Below, one piece after another: positions 54,420 through 64,000 of a stretch of 64,000 nt of DNA (position 1 is the first letter of the stretch; every line of letters starts with the position of its first letter). The notes below the pieces were generated by a model. The model worked only from the letters and a program-made list of their open reading frames with translations. It made no database searches and was not told the DNA's origin. A program made the translations under genes and the position numbers. This DNA is from Octopus vulgaris (lineage: Eukaryota). The stretch is from contig OX597838.1 of the NCBI GenBank assembly GCA_951406725.2, forward strand, positions 6,262,001-6,326,000. Direction: 5' to 3'.

Positions 54420-54759
54420 AACATTATTATTTCTAAAACTCTCAAATAAAGTATCTAGTAACAGTAAGTTAAAGCAAAGATTGTTTGCCTACATAATGTG
54501 GAAGTCTGGGATGGGACGATTGTTATTGTTGTTTTAGCCCTAGAAACGGCCTTTCCAGTTGGCTATACGACAGAGTATACGTGTCCTGCTATATTTCCTG
54601 GAGCTAAACAGCAGTAACAATCGAACCATTTAGGACTGCCACAGTATGTTGGCAAATAGTCTTCATATATATATATATATATTATTTATATATATATGTA
54701 TATGTACATATATATATATATTCCTTTGTGTATAAATTCATGTATATATATATATATAT

Positions 54760-54811
<52 letters not shown>

Positions 54812-54816
54812 GTACG

Positions 54817-54859
<43 letters not shown>

Positions 54860-55785
54860 CTTTGCGTATAAATAAAGGTATATATATATTTATATACGTG
54901 TTTATATATATATGTATATATATATATATATTTATATATACACATGTATGTATTTTTTATACAATGAAAAATTCAGCACTATATCTATATATCTATTCTA
55001 CTCTCATAAAAAATCTTTGATATACGATGAGGTTTGACATGCGACGCAAACAGTAAATACAAGATAAAGATAAGAAAAAAACAAAGAAAAATAACTATAG
55101 TAAAAAAAAAACACATTTTACGTTGCTACTAGTGAGATTTGAAATCAGAAAGTTAAAGGGACGTAACTAAATAGTGTTATGCATTTAGTTCTGCATGCTG
55201 TACATACTTATGCCACTCCACTACTCTTATTATATATTCCGAAATGTAATATTGGGTTTGTGCCAAGTCGAAGTATATATATTGTATGTATAAAAAGAAA
55301 ACTTAAACCACAAAATTTATATACGGTTCGTTGGTCTGGTTGCTTCTATTTGATTTTCTCTTTCCTCTATTCGAAGAGTGCACGTCTGTATATCTTCCCA
55401 CATTTCATGCGAATACGAAGAACAGCAGAAAACTCCCAACAAAAACAAAAACATATGAAACCATATAGAAACAAAGAAAGAAAGAAATAAACAAACAAAT
55501 CAAAGCAAATAAAAGGAAATATGTAGATAAACATATAGCAGTCTATATTAAAGACAATAGGCTTTATTTGACTATATGATAATCGATTGAATCACGCATG
55601 ATAGAAGAAAGAAAACCGGTTGGTGCACGCGCTGAGAACAGCACAAATCTAGTCATGACAAATACATATATGTGTGTGTATGTGTTTTTATGTGAGTGTC
55701 TGTATTATATATACTCATTTATGTATAAATATATATATATATATATATATATTTATATGTGTGCGTGTGTATATAAGCATATATG

Positions 55786-55820
<35 letters not shown>

Positions 55821-56057
55821 TGAATATATTATATATTATATATATATAAGTATATGTGTATATATACACCCGGAGAGGGAGATGGAGAGAGGGAAACTGA
55901 GAGTGTGATAGTGAGTGAATAGTGATAAATCGATAGATAAATATATATATATACATACATATATATATACATTTATATACATATATACATATATATATAT
56001 ACATATATATACATATATATATATATGTATGTATATATATATATATGAATGTATATA

Positions 56058-56090
<33 letters not shown>

Positions 56091-56639
56091 TTAAATAAAT
56101 ATATATATATCTTTGTTTGTGCATGAATATATCCCCATGCAGATATATATATTGGTCATCCCTAAAATTTGATAGCTTCTTCTACATCATAATTATCATA
56201 TACTTTCATCATTTTAGGCATAACATGTGCTTGTTGTTGCAGTTGTGTATGTGTGTATGTGTTTGTTGTGTGTGTGTGTGCGTGTGTGTGTGTTTGTGGA
56301 CTATGAGCACATTTTCTTCAAATATCCCACAATATTACGTTCGTATCTACCTAGGAGTTTTGATATGTCCATAAGGTGCTGATATGCATGACAAAATCAA
56401 AGACGTTTGTAAAATTCAGTAAAATTTAATCGCAATTCACTTATACATATGCATGTGTGTTTGTGTCATATATGTGTACCTGTATGTGAGTGTGAGTGAG
56501 TGCGCATGTTACGGTGTGTGTATATTTGGCTCAAAATTGCTCGCTTTGTGCATAACTCGGGAAAATTTATGTTGCATTGATATTAGAGATTTTGTTTTGT
56601 TAAAATGGACAAGGGTGTCGGGCAAGTTGCCTTGCAAGG

Positions 56640-57287
56640 TCTTTTAACTTTAGCTAATATTCTGAATTTACTGAGATGACGAAGGAGATTCTGGGAACCG
56701 GTGAAAATGTCTTTAACAGGTCGGACAAATTATATTCATTGAGAAGTATGTAGCGACCAACCAGAATGACAAGATGCTGGTCACGAGGTCGGATGCTTGT
56801 TTCGAAGACACCAGCAATGTATTTCAACGAATGAACCCCGCTGGAGTGATGGTTTGCTCGACAGTGTCATCCAGTGGTGGAAAATCTCCTCTGGAGTTTA
56901 TTAAAGAGGAGACAATGCTGGCAGATAATACTTTGCACTGTGTGACCGAAGTATTTAGAGATAATTACGTGTTCAGGCAAGACAGTGGTCCTTCTCAAAC
57001 GTCCAATGTGACACAGCAGTGGTTGAGCAACGATATTTGTGGGTTCTAGGACAATAATGCATGTCACCCTCTCCATCACCTCGGACGTCAACCATATGGA
57101 CTTCGCTGTTTGGTTCATCCTAGAAAGTCACGTTTGAAAAGATTTCTGCAAAACTATAACAGCTCTCAAGAAAGCCTTCGTCGCGGCATGGGATCGTTTA
57201 AGGGACGAAATCGTCCAGTGTTCGTGTGACTCTGTTCTCAGCTGTCTTCGAGTTCTTGTGAATGCTAAAGACGGACATATTCAATGA
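56640..57287 (+). pseudogene. Decayed Tc1/mariner-superfamily transposase, probably DD37D (maT)-like
   Basis: PAGVMV..VSSSGGKSPL.FI, YVFRQDSGPSQTSNVTQQWL, SDVNHMDFAVW (approximating SPDLNPMD..W) and C-terminal AKDGHIQ*. Confidence 0.78.
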
Positions 57288-57346
57288 AACTTATCTTAAC
57301 ATGTTACATGACCTTTATAAGCTGTCTTAATCAAATTCATTTAATA

Positions 57347-57475
57347 CAGTATACCTCGGTTTACGAACGACCCTGATAACGAATAAATCGTGCTTTATAC
57401 ACACACACCTATATATATATATATATGGCATGAGTTATTCGCAAACAGAGTTGTCCAAAAACCGAGGTGTTACTG
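57347..57475. mobile_element. Pogo/Tigger-like MITE
   Basis: TA-CAGTATACCTCGGTTT ... AAACCGAGGTGTTACTG-TA, with a central (CA)/(TA) run. Confidence 0.75.
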
Positions 57476-58631
57476 TATATATATGTAAGTATATGAGTGT
57501 GTGTATATGTATATATGTGTGTGGGGATGTATATGTCTGTAAGCATGTATAGTTAATATCTTATGTATTTGCAAATTCTGCAAAGAACAGGAACGAATTC
57601 TTATTTCGGATAGTGGAACCAGGCGCAAAGAATGCTAAAATTAATATATATATATATATATATATCAAATGGCAAACAGACACCTATATAATAAATTCAC
57701 CTAATAATCTTACCCAGTTAACCACTCTCATCGTCTTTTACATTTCTGTCATGAAGAGTTTTTGTTTTTATTACACCAACGATACAATAGTGAATATTTA
57801 CTTTGTTGGAGGGAAACGAAATCGAACCAAGAACCATACAGTTGCAAAGCGAAATTTTTAATATGTGGAAAAATGTCGTCCTCGTTTCTTCCTTAACACC
57901 CGTAATTTTAACGAAAATGTTTACGCAACATTCTGAACACATTGCGCATTGAAATGGTTGATTGAAATTTTGCTGGTTGAGCATAATAACATTTTATTTC
58001 TACTCCGTAAATAGATTTAAATGTTCTTGTCTAGAAAGAGAAATTGTAATGCATGCAGGAGAGCGCCTAGTCATGATTTACAAGTTTCAGAAATGTGTAC
58101 CGTATTCATTCGCTTATGGCAACACTGATCTAATTCAATGGTCGATTTTCGATAATTTAATCTTATAATGTAGCTTAACTGATGTATCCATTACAATTCC
58201 GCTTTTCTTTTATTTTATTATTACATCGCTTTAGATAGTATATTTTCAAACATAAAACTAACTTCCTCGTCCTAAAATCTCATAATTAGTTTAGCAGTTT
58301 CAACAGAGACATGGTAACAGGTACACGACGAAGCTGTATGCAAATAACCTGAAAGTAAAGTTTACACATATGTTCTCCGACAAAGTAATTTTCATATTAC
58401 CACCGAACCACCACTAACAGCAACTAAGCCAATGACGCTCCACAGGAGGTGGTTTTTGTGGTCGCTCGACTTGTTAAAAACGGCAGCTAAGATTTGCTTC
58501 AATGACAACCCGCCGAGTTTTAGACATGTTAAACGATACATTGGGAAATGTAGTCAAGATGCAATACTGTGGATTGATCACAGATGGAAAGGTTTTGATC
58601 ATAGGTTCGATCCAACACGATTGATATACAC

Positions 58632-59137
58632 TACGAACGCCTCTGATAACGAATAAATCCCGCTTTATATATGTATATATATATAGCAAAGTGGAGGCGC
58701 AATGGCCCAGTGGTTAGGGCAGCGGACTCGCGGTCATAGGATCGCGGTTTCGATTCCCAGACCGGGCGTTCTGAGTGTTTATTGAGCGAAAACACCTAAA
58801 AGCTCCACGAGGCTCCGCCAGGGGATGGTGGTGATCCCTGCTGTACTCTTTCACCACAACTTTCTCTCACTCTTACTTCCTGTTTCTGCTGTACCTGTAT
58901 TTCAAAGGGCCGGCCTTGTCACTCTCTGTGTCACGCTGAATATCCCTGAGAACTACATTAAGGGTGCACGTGTCTGTGGAGTGCTCAGCCACTTACACGT
59001 TAATTTCACGAGCAGGCTGTTCCGTTGATTCAGATCAACCGGAACCCTCATCGTCGTAACCGACGGAGTGCTAAAAGAAAAAAATATGATATATACCATG
59101 AGTTATTCTCAAACAGAGTTGTTCCAAAACCGAGGTG
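58632..59137. mobile_element. Second copy of the 57347-57475 MITE, split by a SINE and lacking both termini
   Basis: TACGAACG..CTGATAACGAATAAATC (58632-58659) and CATGAGTTATTC.CAAACAGAGTTGT..AAAACCGAGGTG (59097-59137) match the two halves of 57347-57475. Confidence 0.75.
58693..59084 (+). mobile_element. Full-length tRNA(Arg)-like SINE resembling the octopus OR families
   Basis: A-box TGGCCCAGTGG (58703-58713), anticodon-like TCG, B-box GGTTTCGATTCC (58746-58757), length about 390 bp, A-rich tail; related copies elsewhere in the window. Confidence 0.9.
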
Positions 59138-59184
59138 AAAGTTCTTTTTACCGGTTGCGCAACCGGTAAAAAGAACTTTCACCT
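59133..59184. repeat. Perfect 52-bp palindrome with no spacer
   Basis: AGGTGAAAGTTCTTTTTACCGGTTGC|GCAACCGGTAAAAAGAACTTTCACCT. Confidence 0.95.
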
Positions 59185-59241
59185 AATTAAATACACTCGC
59201 CCTTACTTAAATTATTTTGTCAGCATTTTCTTCATTTCCTT

Positions 59242-59273
<32 letters not shown>

Positions 59274-59378
59274 TAAAAATTATATTCACCGATCTAATAT
59301 TGAACTATTATTTGTGAAATTACAGTTTCGATATAAATATTGTGCGCATGCTAAATGATGTGTGTGCGGAGGGGGTTG

Positions 59379-59417
<39 letters not shown>

Positions 59418-61378
59418 ATGTCTACGAATGTTTCGTAGAAAAACTCGTATGTGTTTTGAGTGAGTGATGATTTCGTTATCAGTTCTCTTGCGAACTACAT
59501 ATATGTCTACCTAAATCAGCCTTGCCTGAAATTCCAATAGGTTAGGTCACTTTGCTATGCATCGAAGTACACTCACCTAAACACATACGTAGTCTTTAAC
59601 AAACGAAACCGCCTAATATCGATCTTCATACCTTCCATATTTTTTCCTCATTTTTTTTCCATAATTTTATTTTTTTGTATTCATTCATTTATTTCTCCTA
59701 TTCTTTATTTTGCTCATGTTTTATTCATTTAGCCACAACGGGATGATCGGCTGCATCTCTAGAAAATGAATCTTTATGATAAACTTTGTTTTTATATTAT
59801 TTAACCTTTTATTTTAAAAAAAACGTTTTCTGCACCAAGTCTCTGGTATTATTATTACTATTATTTTTTTCTGAATTTGAATCTCCATATATAGCGATTC
59901 AAACATTTTCTAGAGCAAAGTCTGCCAAATACAGTTATTGCCCGTGACTATATAGTGAAACTATTTGTTAGTAAAAACAGTGTTTTAACATGTCGTGTAA
60001 TGTTGCGTAGTATAATTTGTTTGTTACCATGTTACACCACAATTAAGTGAGTATATATACATATATATACACATATACATATGTATGTTGGTATGTGTTT
60101 CTTTATATGTATGTATGCCTATGTATGTATGCATGTATGTATAATCGCGAGTGCTCGTATGCGTATATATATGTAATATATTTATTTATTTATTCAGTGT
60201 GTATACGCAAATCAGTATGACGTGGCACTAAAATCGAACTGAGTGTTGCTAATTAGAACCCATTTAATTATCTCAACATGCACCACTGTTCATTGAATGT
60301 ATAGGATGTATCGATTGCGAAGTATTTACTAGGAATCGAACCGTGGAACCGTACATCTTAGCAAAGCTGTATGCGAGTGACTATCATGAATTTGATACTA
60401 ATAAAACAAGACTGATATTTGAGAGACCAAGTGTGAAGCTCTGCACATCGCGCTAACTCTAGACTTGTATTATTAGCTTCCTTTGGTACCAGTAATATAC
60501 GTGGTTTGATACAAGCTATTAATCAAGAAGCTTCGCGTCAAACGTTTTTCTTGGTGAATTGTAAGTAACTATTCCAACGAATTAGACGCCAGAATGGCGA
60601 CTTTATAAATCCTCTTGGAATTTTGGGAATAATCAATCAAAACCGAATTATGATAAATAAAGAGAAAGTATATCGATAGTATCAAGAAATCTTAGCGTTC
60701 ATATTAAATAGACACATAGACATTGAATGGTATCAAAGTGGGATATTAGTGTAATACCGCTGGGTATGTCGTCTCCAGAATTTATTGACATTGATCAGAC
60801 AATTTAACAAAGTGATATGAAAGTAAAACAGTTCCGAATTGTCCAGTACGAAGGACGCCATTTAAATATTTTCATAATGGTAAATTGTGCTTTACTACTG
60901 GGACCATAGGTGTTTAAACTATAATGTATTCAGTTTTTGTTGAAGTCTTTGCAGAATTAAATCATCTCTATGCTGATATTCTGCAGAAATGTTTTTGTTG
61001 GAAATATATTTTTCACGCGCAAACTTTAGTGCAGTATTTTACACATAAATCATACTAATAAGAGAATGAGAGACGGAAATCAAGTCTTCAGAATTATGTT
61101 ACATTGTCACATTCTCTTGTTATAGTTTTTTTTATTTGCAATTCAAACGAACACTTGTTACTATAACTGTTAAATCACTGCTGGCTGATGACGCACATTC
61201 TGTTCTTCAATTAACTGAAGTAACATCTGTCTGAATAATCATGGTTGAATAATACATAGATATGTGTAACCTTACTGCGCCTCTTTGAGAAACTATCTGT
61301 GACACAGATTGAGACAAGCTTGAATGAACTAACGTATTGTACAACGTAAAAAAGTGACGCAGTTAATGTTAGAATGTT

Positions 61379-61977
61379 TATTTTTTATTGCCCACAGGGG
61401 GCTAAACATAGAGAGGATAAGCAAGGACAGAGACAAAGGGAAGTCGATTACATCGACGCCAGTGCGTAACTGGTACTAATTTAATCGACCCCGAAAGGAT
61501 GAAAGGCAAAATCAACCTCGGCGGAATTTGAACTCAAAACGTAACGGCAGATGAAATACCTATTTCTTTACTACCCACAAAGGGCTAAACACACAGGGGA
61601 GGAACAAGGACAGACAAACGGATCAAGTCGATTACATCAACCCCAGTGCGTGACTGGTACTTAATTTAATCGACCCCGAAAGGATGAAAGGCAAAATCAA
61701 ACTCGGCGGAATTTGAACTAAGAACGTAACGGCAGATGAAATACCTATTTCTTTATTACCCACAAAGGGCTAAACACAGAGGGGAGAAACAAGGACAGAC
61801 AAACGGATCAAATCGATTACATCGACCCCAGTGCGTGACTGGTACTTAATTTATCGACCCCGGAAGGATGAAAAGCAAAGTCGACCTCGGCGGAACTTGA
61901 ACTCAGAACGTAGCGGCAGACGAAACTCCGCTAAGCATTTCGCCCGGTGTGCTAACGTTTCTGCCTGTTCAGCGCCG
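61379..61977 (-). mobile_element. SINE family A, trimeric body
   Basis: Three tandem units of about 182 bp starting near 61379, 61561 and 61746, plus a single head. Confidence 0.92.
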
Positions 61978-62999
61978 TTGTATTAGTGTTAGAACATTGT
62001 GTAAACATCCAAGCATCGTTACTTTCTTTCCAATTCCTACTACATTGTTTTAAACATACCAAGCCTCCTATTTCGATCGTTAAACCATATAAAATTTCTT
62101 CATATTTTTCAAACTTTAAATGTATTAGTTTTCTATCTGATTTATGTCGGTGTATTTGTCAAATTAGGATTTTGGGGTTCAAATGTTCATCAGAAACGAT
62201 GTACGCATCATCTCTTTGACCTTGTATACAATGTCCGTCGACTCAGTGACCTGGTATTGTCAAGAACGACACTATATAAAATAGTACTTGTCAAGATTCC
62301 ACTCAACAGATCTCGAACCCGTGAATTCATACATGTGGAAAGAACGTCTTAAACATTCGACTATCATGATGTGAATAACATGTATCAAAACAGAAAACAC
62401 AACCATTCATCCTCGTACTAATGATAAATATTAGATTCGACCTTTAGTTTATTTCGAAGCAATTTCCTTCAAAGATGTAAGAGAAAAATAAACTGTAAGG
62501 TATAATTGTATTTGAAATAATGCAGATGGTGTAAAATAAATCTATATTGTTATTAAGGTGGAATAAAAAATAAACCAACGTGATTTGTAACTGAATTTGT
62601 ACGTCATGGACACATATTAGTCACTATAACACAACAACAAATCTATATATCTATCTGTCTATCTTCCTCTCTCTCTATATATATAGTGTGTGCCTCTATA
62701 TATATATGTATGTTTCTATGTATGTATGTGTGTATGTATGAATGTATATATGTATGTATATTCGTTCTTTAGTATTTTTTATTTCGTGTTGTGTTCTTAA
62801 ATCAAAATCATATCTGAGAGCGGAATTCGAAATGGAGAAGAGATGAAAAAAATATATATAAAATGAGAAAAGAAAAAGGTAAATTTAATTATAGTCGGCA
62901 TAATGAATAAAACAAACATGTCGAAGGATATGAGGTATGGCGTATATAATGAATTAGATTCTTTGAGACAGAAGACAAAATAAAATGTTCTGTTGGCGG

Positions 63000-63165
63000 C
63001 CATGATGATGTTGTATGATGATGAGGATGACGTCGAAGACGACTTTGATGATGATGGCGGTGGTGGTGGTGGTGACGATGAAGAGGATGATGATGGTGGT
63101 GTTGGTGGTGGTGGTGATAGTGAGGATAATGATGATGATCATGCGGCTGATAACGATTAAGATGT
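63000..63165. repeat. Degenerate (GAT/GGT)n tract
   Basis: Directly visible. Confidence 0.9.
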
Positions 63166-63747
63166 ACGTAACCTATTTTGGACTACTATCCAGTAAGTAT
63201 AACTGTTCAAAATCCCAATGAATTCACATTACAGAATAAAAGAGAAAATTCTAAAACAAATAAATAAAAATGCATCTATTTGTTTGTGATGAGGCTTTCG
63301 AATATGATGAACCTCATGAAGATATTGACGTGTATGAAGAAAATACCGAGAAAAGTATCAAAAACATTATAATTACTATAAATAGTAATTATTATTTGTG
63401 TTAACTTTTTTTCAGAAACAGTTTAAATTTTAATGAAGCATCATAGACGAAGCAATCTACACGTTTATTGCTTCGACAAAGAAGCAGTAAATGGTACTAT
63501 TTTCCGCCTCACTAACAGGTTTGCCCTTCTCTGACATAAAATAATAATCACTTATAGTTAATATATTGGTTTCCGAAGTCACGTTTCGCAATTTATATTT
63601 ATATTAGATATTATACATAATTTATATCTATACTTGATAATCGTCACGCACAGATAATATAATACGCTGCAGAGATATGTATACTTATTTTCCGAACAAT
63701 TAGTCAGAATTTTCATCGTGTGCTTTATATCATTTTCATCGGTAGCC

Positions 63748-63900
63748 TTATTACCTCCACCTTAGCGAAGGCAGAGGTGTTGTTTTCAATCGTGCTGGTT
63801 TCCTTGTTTGTCTGTGGACAAGATATCTCAAGAACTGCTGAATGGATTCAGACGAAACTTTCAGGGATGTTTGGCTTCCTGACCGGCCCAAACAGTTTAA
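63748..63900 (+). mobile_element. Helentron-associated (HINE/DINE-like) element, 5' part
   Basis: TTATTACCTCCACCTTAGCGAAGGCAGAGGT terminal hairpin, then GTTTGTCTGT and GATATCTCAAGAAC..TGGATT..ACGAAACTTT blocks, recalled as typical of this class. Confidence 0.55.
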
Positions 63901-64000
63901 TTATTTATTCTCTGATTGGGAAACTCGAGTATGCGATTAACTAATAATAATTGTTTTTATTCGAGTGGCATTATTGGCGTGCCTTTATAATTATTGCTTT

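Noticed and set aside
58693-58770. tRNA-Arg gene
   Set aside because: The tRNA-like head continues into a multi-copy SINE body without a proper acceptor stem or poly-T terminator.

Overview
AT-rich, repeat-dominated eukaryotic DNA with no supportable intact protein-coding gene; almost all ORF-track entries are translations of microsatellites such as (TA)n, (CA)n, (TAA)n, (GATA)n and (GAT/GGT)n. The SINE families look like those of octopus, so the source is probably an Octopus intron or intergenic region (inference from recalled repeat sequences, not a search). Recognisable content: several tRNA-derived SINE families, decayed Tc1/mariner transposases and MITEs, a hAT MITE with an 8-bp TSD, non-autonomous Helitrons, and 3' fragments of R4/Dong-like non-LTR elements beside (TAA)n. 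The most notable signal is a set of short elements next to (TA)n-type tracts. Four are fold-back palindromes (1-286, 13311-13434, 41455-41747, 54011-54333), three of which carry type I hammerhead ribozyme motifs typical of Penelope-like elements. A second group (437-945, 51180-51430, 53916-54115) shares a covarying three-way-junction fold with hammerhead-like topology but a non-canonical core, and one copy is circularly permuted. All coordinates and alignments were read by eye.
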